Assembly: GCA_000320545.1 (NCBI GenBank)
Contig: ADNK01001015.1
Span: 18,330-82,329 of the forward strand
Length of the DNA: 64,000 bases
From: Bigelowiella natans CCMP2755
Taxonomy: Eukaryota > Protista > Cercozoa
Direction of reading: 5' to 3'
Under the pieces are notes generated by a model. The model was not told the origin of the DNA and ran no database searches. It saw only the letters and a program-made list of their open reading frames with translations. Below are positions 13,028 through 25,805 of the stretch, in pieces (the stretch's first letter is position 1; each line of letters opens with the position of its first letter). The translations under genes were made by a program, and so were the position numbers.

Positions 13028-13330
13028 TTATATCACATTACTATGTCTATGATGAATACTACGCTGGTATGTCTATAATCACACATGCCTTAAGCGACAT
13101 GTAGCAATGCTTTATTTGCATGTATGTAAGAGCCCGGCTAGCCGGTATACTAAACTGTTACTACTATGATTACATTAGCTGTATGAATGGCCTTCGTCGT
13201 CGCTTAAAAGCATGCTGGTTACATTGTTGTTCTTGAGTTTAATGTCTATATGTAAAACTGTAAGCTATGCTATCTAAAGTGACTATAAACCATTTATTCT
13301 GCTTTGTCATTTGCCATCTTTGTACTAATC
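12400..13330. repeat. Degenerate repeat island between convergent genes, with (AT)n and hairpin element copy 2
   Basis: Non-coding and GCTA/CATG-rich; contains the element at 12743-12814. Confidence 0.65.
12743..12814 (+). repeat. Dispersed ~60-70-bp hairpin element, copy 2
   Basis: cattgcacagctacatcaggatgaccattgaaaaaatttaattcttcattacatccgtctcatatgtatagc. Confidence 0.85.
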
Positions 13331-13341
13331 AAACTAGTAAC

Positions 13342-14623
13342 TTAAGTCACCACCAAGGACTCGTAGCTCAAAGAGGCTATTGGTTGCTTTATAGCTTAGG
13401 AGAAATCGCTCACTTACGCTTTTTCTTCCCGTTTCGCCCTTTCTGAAACCACAAGTACAGAATCCCTTGAAATGGGTGTAAATTTAGTAAAATAAATAAG
13501 TAACCTCCTTTTTCTTCTTCTGTTTCTTGGTCGCAGCACCCATCAGATTATCCAACGCCGATTTTTTCTGCGATTTTGCATCGATTTAGGCTATAAACAT
13601 GACATGAGTAATACGTTTCAACCTTGAATGGTCTCTTCAAATCTCCGTAGGGAGAATGTTGCAAGATGTAAATGCGAAACTAATTCAAAGACACAATTAG
13701 CGTTCATCTCCAGAAATGGTTCGTTAATTTCTGACCAACGCGTTGTCTGGCTTGTTAAGAAGCGCCATGAGCACCGACATCACCATCGGAATAGGTACAC
13801 CCCATTGTACGTGAATCAACACAACAAAAAATGTTTGCATCACCTAAAAAAAGAGTGAATAAGACGAGATTTCATGAAGAAATCTTCAGGATGAACCATC
13901 TGCTTAAATTCTGCCATCAGAACTCGAAGATCGTATTCTGCGAAGAAAAATAATTAGATAGAATTTTCAACTTAACGAATAGGAATGAACCTCCATGTGA
14001 TAATTTTTCTTTTGGTGAGTTCTCTTCCTCTTCTTCCACACCAAGCATCTTCGCAAGAGGGTTAGGGGGCTGTAAATCTTTCTCACTCACCTACAACAGT
14101 AGCAGAAATACTTTAATTTGAGATACACCACAAATGTCTGCGCAATGATACCATAATTGTGTCCTCGCTCTTGTTTCCAACGATTCGGAAGTACAACATT
14201 CCGTAAATGATCAACTAAATTAAATTAACTTTCAATATTTCTTAAATTTTTCCATTACACAAACGTTCTCACCTCTATGGCCTTGCCAAATACGAAGAAC
14301 CTTCTGGCCCACTAACACGTGTGGTTTAATTCAGCTAGATGAATTTCAGATCATTTGGTATATTACCTGAATGTTTTCCTCATTTTTGAAGTCAACACTA
14401 TTCCTCATGACTAACCCCACCAAAAGAGGTATTATCATCTGATTTCGAATTGAAACGTAGGTGAGATGAGTAGTATACGGGGGAAAGGAGGCAAGTACGG
14501 TCAGCAGTATCAATTAGAAAATTATTACATGGTATAAGTGTTGAAGTCGTCACTATTATTACATGATCAACTAATTTAGTAACTACGACTAATCGTTACC
14601 GTAAATTTGAAGCCTCCAGACAT
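13342..14623 (-). CDS. PHO88: Pho88/SND3 family ER membrane protein
   Basis: Exons read MSGGFKFT / MIIPLLVGLVMRNSVDFKNEENIQ / WARRFFVFGKAIE / LIIYGMLYFRIVGNKSEDTIM / VSEKDLQPPNPLAKM...LSHG / EYDLRVLMAEFKQM / VMQTFFVVLIHVQWGVPIPMVMSVLMALL / FRIYILQHSPYGDLKRPFK. They carry the family YD motif, the conserved His and the C-terminal GDLKRPFK signature. Confidence 0.88.
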
Positions 14624-15649
14624 ACCTGGTGTCAATCACTTCGATCACCTCAATTCCCAAACGCTTCAGATTTTGTTCCTTTCCTTTCTCCCCCCCGCTT
14701 TTGAAATTGAGGTTGACAATCCCAGAAGTGAATGTTTATGGCGGCACTCTGCTTCGTGTTGCTCAAGGCTTCCTGCAAATGGACTCGGGGAGAAATAGGA
14801 GCTCTGTTTATTGTGTAAGATCCACATTACAGCTCGTGTGTACTCCAGAAAGTTGCTAATGCCCGTATTGCTGTTGCGACCAAGAAATGAATGTCGTTAT
14901 TCGTAAATTACAAAGCATTTGTAACTTTCCGTCCACAAACGGGGTAGTTTTATTTCTTAAAATGCCCTCGTTGTCGCTAAATCATAATCGAAGTTCAATA
15001 TTCTCAAAACGACATATGATTGTATTAGTCGCACGGGATATTTTATGTACTCCGGCTGCACGGGAAAGGTGAAGGTCCACGAAGTGCGACAGGGTGCGAT
15101 AGGACGAAATAGATACCAGAACTCTCCGCAAACGATTAACACAAAATTCTCCGGTGCACTCGAATGAACTCCTATCCATCAAAAACTAGTGAGCGCTGAA
15201 ACAAAGGCAATATGTTCTCTGCGACATGATTAAAATGAGCTTTTTTGGCAACAAGTTCTAGTCGACTCGTGGCAGAGCAGCAGAGCAGCAGATCCGACGA
15301 CCCCAACGAGCATCGCTGCTGGATCATCCCACTCTCCAACCTCTGGCAGGCAGGCAGGTGCGTCCCACGAATCAGTGGGAAATCAAACACACGAAACTTT
15401 GATGCTCATGAAATCATAGAAAATCCTGTGTGGAAAGGATCTGAGTTTTGGATCGCTGCTTTCAAGGATCTTCCTCAAATCAACCTCCGATTGTCTGCAC
15501 ACTCGATCTATTCTGCACTGAGAATAATTTTACGGCTATGCTCTAAGATAAAAATCGTTTTGAATAGTTGGATTGATTGCCAAAAAAATCACCTGTGGTT
15601 GAATGTTCTTTGTTTCCATACCGGAAAGGACAGGCGGGAGGGAGCGAGA

Positions 15650-16396
15650 ATGTCGTCGATGTTTTTCTGGAGAGTCGTTAAGGCGTACGACCGTGCACTG
15701 GTCACGCGTCCTCTCTTTACGAAGGTTGATAACCTGATTCGAATTTTATCAAAGATTCCTGTCGTTCAATTCAAGCATCCTGATATCCGTATGAGAGGAA
15801 TTTATCTTCAAAAGACAGTACCTCATACATTACCACCATAACTTTATTAGTGCACGTCCAGTGTTCTTATTCTGACGGCGGCCGATATGGTCCGGCAGTA
15901 CTATGAACATAAAAATATACTAAAGAGCCACATGGAAGAGATACAGTCGACCAAATCGCCACCCCTTGAAGCATGGTTTGACAGCCAGAGGTAAGAAGAA
16001 ATATTTCCTCAGCTGCTGTTTATATGAAGAGGTTGGAGCTTAGAGAACAAAGGGGTAGATTACGAGACTACCGATGATAGCGTGTAACATAAATGTTTTT
16101 TTGGTTTCAACTAACCTGCCCAGGACGATGCGCATGGCTTTATGGGGCGCTACGGTGCATCCGCTTGCTGTACACTACTGGTAAGTTGCAACAAAATTCA
16201 CGGTTAACTACAACAACAGCAGCATGATCCAGAAGGCTAGGTAGATCAACTAAGTAATTACCACCGGCTCCTTCTCCTCCTCCTCCATGGTATGTAGGTT
16301 CAACAATTTAGAGAGATGGTTAGGCCCAAACCCCGTTGGAGCTTCCAAATCCGTGTTACTGCGCATGGCATTCAGGAAGGTATGATGAAGATTATT

Positions 16397-16430
<34 letters not shown>

Positions 16431-16713
16431 GGCATAGCTCAAGCAGCAACCAACCACCACTTCCACCACCATCATCATATCCACCACCATCGTCATATCT
16501 TCTGTGTTTGATGATGGCCGATTTATGATCGATCCCAGGTCGTAGTTGACCAGTTGATGTCAAGTCCTGTATTTCTCGGCTCTTTCCTGGTAGAAACCCA
16601 TGCTCCTCCTCCTCCTCCTCCTACTACTACTACTACTACTACTACTACTGCTACTACCACTACAGATCTGCCTGCCTAGCTACGGATCATAGATTACGAG
16701 CTACATATAAATA

Positions 16714-16750
<37 letters not shown>

Positions 16751-16758
16751 GCGTACAT

Positions 16759-16792
<34 letters not shown>

Positions 16793-17605
16793 ATGAACGC
16801 AGCTGATCATTTGAAATTCTCGTGAATAATGTGGGTAGGTTGTATTGATGTGTTGATAATGTGTGTTGCTGCTGCTGCTGTTCCTCCTCCTCCTCCTCAA
16901 TAACATCACCACCATAATCAGGTATACTCTGCTTTAGGACAAGGAAAGACTCTCGAGGTAGTATGAGACGATGATGATGATGTTGATGATGTTGATGACG
17001 ATAAGACGTAATCTCTCCTTAGTATGCCTATTGTTACGAATATCATCCAATCTTAGTAACAACAGCTCGTGGTGATCGTGTCATCATCACATCTTGTCGT
17101 ACTTATTACCAATGCCATTCATCGTTTGCAGGCATCCATAGATTCGTTCAAAGAGAACTGGTTCACAATGGTCAAGGTTCTCCTCCTTCGACTTGCTACT
17201 ACTGCAGACCACAATGATGATGATGATGACGATGATGATGATGATATTGCATAGATATGCTAGCTGTAATCGACCAAAAAGGGTTGTTGTTGGTAGCGGT
17301 GGTTGTCATTGATGGAGATCGATGAAAAAAATGAGATGATCAATTTACTTATGCAAAATTATGGCGATTATGAGAAAATGAGAGTCGAGGGAAACCCTTG
17401 ATGTGATTCTCGTCGTCATCATCACCAAGTGAATAATAACATCAGGGAGGATGGTCTTGCTGGCCTCTTGCTCACATGATAAACTTTGCTTTTGTCCCGG
17501 TTCAATGGCGTGTTTTATATGTAAACTTCGTGCAGCTAGGTACTAGGCCTATGTGTGTGTTGTGTTGTGTTGTGTTGTGTTGTGTTGTGTTGTAACGTGT
17601 GTTTG

Positions 17606-17661
<56 letters not shown>

Positions 17662-18797
17662 TGTGAATGATTGAGTCTACCATCATCCCGAATAAATGCA
17701 TCTAAATCTAGCTCTAAAATTGATAATTTCTGCTTCTTTCCTATCTCTTGTCCTCGACTTTGCCATACTACCACGCATACTGATTACTCTCTTCTTTTTG
17801 CTCCTTCTCCTTCAGGGTTCGGCACGTTCTTGTCCATGATGGGCAATAGCGGCGGTGGCGGAGTAGTCACGCCAATTGACAGTCTTTACCAAAGTAATAA
17901 CACCTCTTACCTTCACCGTAGCGACGATGACTTGACACGTTTGTCTTTAATCAGAGGTGACCGGTAAAGACGACGCCTTTGGAAATGTGGAGAGGTGGTG
18001 TATAACGGCTTCTTCGTGAAGCTAACTACTAGCTAGTGTTGTGGATGGCAGAAGTACCGTGCAGTGAGCATCTTATCTCTCTTTATCTCCAACCTTTCTT
18101 TTCCTTTTATTCTCAATTAGCGTCGCATTGGCCATTGGCGGTTCGTGGATATTAGGGGGGGCAAGCATGGCATACAACTGGAGGTCTTACTGCCCAAATC
18201 CACTATCATTCCATATAATTCATATTAATAATATTGGGATGGTGATGGTGGCATTGGGGGAGGGGAGGAGAAGATGATGATAACAGACGAGAGAGTTCAT
18301 GCCTGTAGAGCTGCTGGGTTAAATCCATCTTCGATCGCTGGCTCCTCCATTGTTCATTTTTTTTTTCATCTTCTCTTTCTTCTTCTTCTTCTCCTTCTTC
18401 CCTACTGATCGTCGTCGTCGTCGTCGTCATCATCACCATCAGGCACGTGGGATTGACCGGTTTAGGATGCAGCTTAGTTTGGGGCAGCGCAGCCATTCTT
18501 GGTAGCAGCATGCGTAAAAGAATAATATCGATGAAGAAACGGTGATGATGATGATGATGATGATAATGTTGGTGATGTTGATGATGATGATGGTGATAAC
18601 TTCACTGAGGTTGCTTGTTATGCTTAGAAATATCCGTTATAATGGAGCAAGATAGATTCTGGCGTTTTCAACGGCATGGGGTACTACCGGTGGATAAAGC
18701 CGCGGCCTTAACTCATGGAGAAGAAGTCGAAGAAGAGAAAGAAGTAGGATCGTCGTCACTTCAGGATAACTCTACTATTGAAAAATACAATAATTAG
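15650..18797 (+). CDS. Mpv17/PMP22 family membrane protein with a C-terminal extension
   Basis: Core exons read YDRALVTRPLFTK, AADMVRQ, RTMRMALWG, VHYWFNNLERW, KVVVDQLMSSPVF and WPLAHMINFAFVPVQWRVLYVNFVQLG. Further in-phase exons continue to a stop at 18797. Confidence 0.88.
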
Positions 18798-19199
18798 TTC
18801 TTACCTTTCGCCGTCACCACACGCTGGGGGGCTGCCGCCTGAATTTTCAAAATAAGTGATGGGTGCAGTTGCTGTCTGTGAATAAATGAAAATAGTCCGC
18901 GTTGAAGGAGAACGCATGAAGATTGGAATATATTGATACTCAAGGCAGCTTCATCTGCGAGGGGAAGCTCGAGAAGAAAACCTCGATAGGTTTCTGTGGA
19001 AAAATGAGCCAACCGAAAGGGGAAACTGGCCGTGGTGGTGAACAGCAAGCTTCATCGGAAAATCTATTAAGAAGAAATTATTAGGAATCCTTTCTCCTGT
19101 ACAACAACAACGCGGTGATCTGTTTGATACACAGAAAATGTAGATATGAATGAACCGACTGCCTCAATTATCATGCTATTTTGATGGTGACAAACTTAC

Positions 19200-19722
19200 A
19201 ATTAAACATGGAATGAACGCCACTCACTGGTCAATTCCATGATGTCAGTGAAAACATGCGTGAGTCAATAACATTGTTCTGCGCATGGCATATTGTTGCG
19301 ACTGTGAAATCATTGTGTAATAGCCATATTGCAGTCACATGCCTGAATCGCTCATCAGCATGCACTGGCGAATGCACCATTCCCATGCTGGATAGTTTCT
19401 TATTTTGAACATAAGCACATGTAAATATGATGTAGGCGATCATAGACACACAAAAAAATGCCATATGCAATATCACGTTGTGTTGCTGTAATAACATGCT
19501 TAGCTACGCTCAGTTCCCAGTGGCTAGGCATTTGTTGCTTTGTGCGCACGCGCACAGATGGAATATCTCACACAGCTGCTGCGGCAAGCTTGTAGTTTTA
19601 TGTGTCTAAGTGTGCATAGCATGCATGGATGTATGCCGTCATCATAGCATGTGCAATATGGCACTGCTCCATCGTATCATTGGTTATAGGCGATGGCAGC
19701 ACACTTATAACTATAGACACAG

Positions 19723-19763
<41 letters not shown>

Positions 19764-20120
19764 GTATGTCTATTGTTATAGACATCTAGATATATGTACA
19801 TTATAACATCGCGGAATTGCGCGACTTAGAGTCAAAACATCATGCAAGCGGGACTCTCGCTGTCTGCTATAGCGTTAAGTGCGGGCTTGCAAATGTTGCG
19901 TCGGCATTGTTGCTGCTGCGCCAACCTACGACCATCAATTAAAATGCTCATGGACATCCGCAGTGGATGCGCACTTGAATAACAATATAAGCATGCTCAT
20001 CGTTACGTCATTGTGACGCCATCTTGATGACTCCTTCATGGTGATAACGATACTTCAGCAAATGTGAACGACTAGACGATCCATGCTAGCATGCGCATAC
20101 ATCTTATGGGTGCTTGGTAT
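19200..20120. repeat. Degenerate repeat island between convergent genes
   Basis: CATG/TGCA-rich non-coding DNA with a central (AT)n tract and no credible ORF. Confidence 0.6.
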
Positions 20121-20199
20121 TTCATTAACGATGATATCAGGCTCGTTTGGCCCAAAAATTAAATACGTCGCTGTGCAGTATTCCTCCACGTGGCCTGGA

Positions 20200-20818
20200 C
20201 TAGTCGCAGCATTCATCTTCCATGACTAAAAAATACGCACACACGGAATCGAACACCTTAGCACAACTACTTTGCAAACAAATGAAAAGGGGATGGGAGA
20301 ACTCAGTTCTAAATACACTGCACCTAGGAGAGTAAGGCAGGGGCAGCATGGAACCATCAGTGCAAAACACACCACGCGTGTGATCATCCTCTTGGTAAAT
20401 CCAACCTGAAATGCGATAATGATGATGATTATGATGATAAAATCACGACTGAAATGCGATAATGATAAAATGACGATGATGACGATAAAAATGATGATGA
20501 GGATGAGGATGAGGAGCATTGTATTCTTGCCCAGCAATGCTGATCCTATTTCTTATGAGACACTAGGCAGGAATCACACATATTTCCGTTTGAATGAATG
20601 CTGGCACATATACAATACATCGTTTAGAACCGGTTGTTCACTACTCAAACTATTTTCCAACAAACAATTACCGGGTTGAATCTACAAAATTTGTCTCCGC
20701 AGTCGCACTCACAAGTCAAATAACCGCATGGGACCTGAGAGAAGCAACAAACAACATCACACAAAAGGTCAGAAATTGCTCTGTACTTCAATTACATTAT
20801 ATTTGGACACAGACACTT

Positions 20819-20854
<36 letters not shown>

Positions 20855-23800
20855 GAAGCCACCGAGGAGAAGACTAACTGCAAAGTGAACATCTTATTTC
20901 AAATTAATTTATAATTTATAATTTTGCTACTCACGCAGCAAAGATTGTCGTCTCCGAAACAAGCACACTCTCCATCCTAGTACAAAAAGAACACACAAAA
21001 ATGTGATGCGATGATCATACTCAAATTTGCTCATGCCGGTAATTGATGATGAGTGTGCCTCTTATTGGAAGAAGCTTATTCTCATTGGGTGGTGGAATAA
21101 TATGTCGGATTTGGGCAATAACCTGCAAATTTGCGCAGCCAAAGATGTTGTATGGCGCAAAGTGATTACTGGTATATCTGAGCAAGGTGGTGGTGGAGGA
21201 GGACGAGGAGGAGAAAAAAAAAAGAGAACCAGGGGTGAATCTCAATCCAGTACTTTGTTACTTTCACCATTATTGATTTTTAGTGACTCGTCGTCACCAT
21301 CAAACAAAATCAACATATTATCTTAATCACTGGCAACATATCAAAAAGAAACATTTCTATCGACAGATGCCAGAATCTTTAAATAAGCGTCACACAGTGA
21401 CGGTGGTGGTTGCGGTGGTAATGATAATTAATGAGATGATAGGTAAAGGAGAATATCCATACACTTCTATCGCAAAGATAAGTACTGACTTTCCACCACA
21501 TATCCAGCAAAACTCATATTTGCATTGATAGCACGTCATATGATTGCAGCCGCTGTAGTGTTAAACACGAACGTAGTATTAGATCAGAGATATTTGAGAG
21601 GATCATTAGAATTTATATGTCAATAAATATTGATAAATCAGATACTTTGGTAGGTACTCTTTTTTTTATGCAAATGAATCTACTGACCTGTTCTTTTCAA
21701 TATCCGCTCTACATTGTGGGCATTTCTTCACATTGTGCTGAAATATTCAATATATTCAAAAAAAGACATGAAATCTCGATGAAATAAAGCGTGGCACCTC
21801 AACAATATACGTCTACTAAAATCTTTCACAAGATCAGCATGGATATTACTTCCTAAAGTAACTGCTATTTCAATACCATTATTCTATAGGCGGCATATGC
21901 TTTGTTCTTTGATTCCTGCGCAGCTCGCTCACATGAGCCTCTATGGAAAGCGTCCCCGCAATTCCAGCAAATCGAGGTTTGGCATAATTCACAGGTTGCC
22001 TATCATGTAAAGAGTGAGTGACGCCACCCTTTTAACCCACAGGGATGATGGATGGAAAAATGCCACTTGACATCATCTTACTTGATAGACATTATGGACG
22101 AGTGAACGAACTAATATATCATTTTCTGTGAATCGTGTATAATGTCTTCTGATATTTTGTTGTACCACACCTTTCGGGATCCCGTTTTCTTCCTAAGAAT
22201 ACCTTCGCAGTTGGGAGTTATGCACCTGATAATTCATCGTGACTCACAATAAGTACAGGTAGTAGCAGCTTGAGCAGCAATAGGTTTTACATCATCGACT
22301 CTGGTATGTACATGATTTCTATTCATCCTTCTTGAAACAAATGCTGCATATGATCTTCTACTCACGTATTAAAATAGAAGTTTACCAGCGTTGATCTGAG
22401 GAAGCCGCAACCTCCTTATCTCTTTTAAACTTCTCATATTTTTTTGCTGTTTCTGAGGAGATGGGGAATCATAATTACTTATATGAGAGACCGATAGCTC
22501 CACAATTCGATGTATTTATTGTGTCCTAACCTTCGTCGACGCATCGCATTATCTCGTCTGAAGAAATCTAGAACGTGCATACCGAAGAACGAGGAGTTTC
22601 AGATATGATGTCGCAAAGAAAGACAAAACAATGTCTAAAACGGGCTATTATCACTGGCTTTCAACACAATGTAGCTTCCTAGAGTTCAATGCATTTTGGA
22701 AAATATAAAGTATCTGAATATATTCAGGAATTAAGCATTCTAAGTTCCACTTTTGAATATGCCTGAAGGTTCTAACCAGGTGACGAATTTCAGGTGAATT
22801 GTGCTGATAAACTCATAAAAATTAATAAGATTTTCCTTACTCCTACCTCTCGTGAGCAATTTGATTCTGGGCATGTTAGATTAATCACTTTGCCATCCTG
22901 TAACAGACAAATCCCTTAAGAACAATATATAATTTCCATCGCCACTTGCTGACCGTTGTTGCTCATATTCTATTGATTATTGCATCATCACCATCTGACC
23001 TTTATCCACACTTCAAGGTATCGTGAATAGCAATCCTTGCAATAGTTATGATTGCATGCTACATTCTGAAATGACGATCTGATTGATAAAGATGTTGTAG
23101 AGTGTGACATCAATTGAAATTTGAGAAGTAAGTATAAGGAACAGAATAATGTGGATTTACTTTGGAAGATCGCAGAGACATATTCCACATGAAACCTGAT
23201 AAATGTATTGTCAGTGTTATCTATGTCACCCCATTTGCTTAGATCCAAATCTTAAATTAACCATTTCCTCTGATAGTAGTCCTTTACCTGAAAATGATGG
23301 AAAATTACATAATTCTGCTATCACCCTCAAATTAAACACGAAGATCATTAAGGTTGATTGTTTCTCATTTTGTTATACGTACTCTCTTCCTGTTGTATGG
23401 AATTGTTTCCAGATGCTGTAGTCGTCGCTGGCTTTGTCTGGCAGGGATGGGGGGATTACAACATCATGTAAATTAGGGGAATGAAGACAGAATGTCTGAT
23501 TCGGTGAAATCTGAATCATCTTAATGGCTAATCAGGTCTTTCCAAATCTCATATTTTGAATGAGAGGAATTCGACATTTAGATCTTCTTTTGCAATCACC
23601 TTTGATTCATTGGAAATCTGACGCTGCAATTCAGGGAGTACATTTCTGAGTTATTTACAGAGCACATACAAGCTCAACGATGCAGGTTCGTACTGAGCAT
23701 ATCAGTAATCTTTACAAGATACCTGATCTCTTCCACTTCTACTGAATCTCCAGGCCTCTTGGCTATGAGTGCTACCGAAGCTTTAAACTCAGCTAATCTC

Positions 23801-24870
23801 TGTGTGAGAGAATGAGTGGGTAATAAGAATCAAACATTAGGTCCCCCGTCGAACCCCAAAATAACGCATGATTTGAACAGAATGTTCCAAATGACGCCTG
23901 AAGTCACCTTTTTCTGTAGTTCCTCATTTTGGCCAACTTTTTCGTTCTCTTTTGATGCCTTCGTTTTGCTTTCGGAATTTTTTAAAACGCGCTCTATAAC
24001 TGAGGTTGTTTTGAATTTATGGATATTTAGAGGGAAGAATCACAACTCTAATATTTTAATATGTTTGAAATATCATACTGTATTATATGCATGGAATCGA
24101 AGAACCACCTTCCTCAACAGTATTTTCTTTGACTTCTTTCAAAATCGTCTCCGTGTTTTCCGGGCTGAATGAATATTGGAAAAGGACATTAGTGATAGAC
24201 AGTTTCAGCGCCACTGACTTCTTACATAATTGTAAGAGAATCGCTTCAAAGAAAATCACCACCTGTATCCAAGTTCTACAAGAAGACGGTGCAGCTTAAC
24301 CAGACGATTCGCTTTACTTTTCTGGATATAATTTATTCATAAGGTTCATCGTTAGAACATGTATCGATAGAAATTGTAATAAGAATTCCCCTAACTTCTT
24401 ACTTTCTCGAATTTTGTCTCTAAGTAGTTGTAGTTCCTTGCAATATTTATTTTTTGCGTTGCAGCTGGAGCTGAGACTTGCCTGGACACGCAGGAAATGA
24501 TGGTAATATATAATTTGTTTGTAAACTTGGAAGTAAAATCGATGATGTCATGTAAATAGCATAGTTAGTTTCTTACAAATTACCTCTGAAATAGTGGAGT
24601 TGGCGACTTTCTTTCATATCTGGAAAATGTTCAAAACATGGATCATTTGAAGATAGTAGTAATTCGAATTGATGAATACTTACTGTTGGGAATTGCCTAC
24701 AGGAGCAGACAGCATGCGCCTTGGCTGAACATCAAGGGGTACCTTCAAAAAGAACATATAAGACGAATTTGACAAAGGGGATCACAATGACAATTACATT
24801 TTGCGTGTCACTCATTAGATAAGTTTCGTTTCCACTCTTTCTCTTTTATAATGGTGCTTCGAAGCAATCT
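20200..24870 (-). CDS. RBR (RING-IBR-RING2) E3 ubiquitin ligase with a Cys-rich hydrophobic C-terminus; 5' end approximate
   Basis: RING1: SCGICLCD, ACNHNYCKDC, LTCPESNC. IBR: CITPNCE, TCELCQTSICWNCGDAFH, GSCE. RING2: [32 protein letters not shown]. Then YTSNHFAPYNIFGCANLQ, Cys-rich exons and a TM segment VVCFALMVPCCPCLTLLG. Stop at 20200. Confidence 0.9.
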
Positions 24871-25537
24871 AAGGTATATTAAGTTGAAGCCTTGTCCCCC
24901 AGTCCTCCTGAGCTATGATTCTTTCTTATATTTTAGTCACACAGCAGGGTTCTCGTTAAGAAAACAGTATCGAGGCCATTGAACGTTCGCGTTTCTGTAA
25001 CTTGCAATCCTTGATATTATATTTCGATCTATTATTATCTCAGGTACAAACAATGATAGCAAGCTGGATTATGTCAAGGGAATTTACCCAAGAAACAACA
25101 ACAACTTCGATCAAGAAATTAGCAATAAGAAATAAGAATAGTGATCAAAAAGAACAAAAAAGGAGGAGGAGAGGGAGTTCGAGCTTAACGGCAAGCATGA
25201 TTGAAAATACATGAAAATCGCATGATTTTTGTGGCTACACTGATTGGTTTTTTGTCGCGATAAGGAAACGGATGTCAAATTCGAAGGCCTTGGACACTAC
25301 TAAGGACGTCGCTAAATTTCAGAGGCAAAATGCCAAAATGATTAGGTTGTCGTAGAGGATGATTAAGGGCTTTTTGCACGATGCGACAATATACTCTTAT
25401 GATCACGTCCAGCGGTGAGCACGAAGACCCGACGACTCAGATCGATTGTGGGAGGCCTAGGGAACAAGGAAGATGATGGCGTAGCCAGCCTTAGAGTAAC
25501 TATCTACCAGATACGATTACTAGTATCAAAAAAGAAA

Positions 25538-25763
25538 ATGAGGCCTGCAACTAAAGGAGTATATGGGTTGAGAAGATTGACAATCTTCACCATCCTTTAC
25601 GGGATCATCGATTCTTCAAGCACAGCAGCAGCCACTCAGAATTCGAATCGACCTCGGGAAAAGGGGGACTCAGAGTCACGTATCTTCGAAGGTTTTATGC
25701 ACGCATGACACGCACACACACACACACACACACACAAACATATAGACAGACAACGCAACACAA

Positions 25764-25805
<42 letters not shown>

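Noticed and set aside
14624-15400. N-terminal extension of Pho88, or a separate minus-strand gene
   Set aside because: The open segment is out of frame with the Pho88 ATG, splicing would create a stop, and no homology was recognised.
20535-21240. Plus-strand ORFs resembling a RING fragment or LINE C-terminus
   Set aside because: The region is explained by minus-strand RBR exons and their introns.
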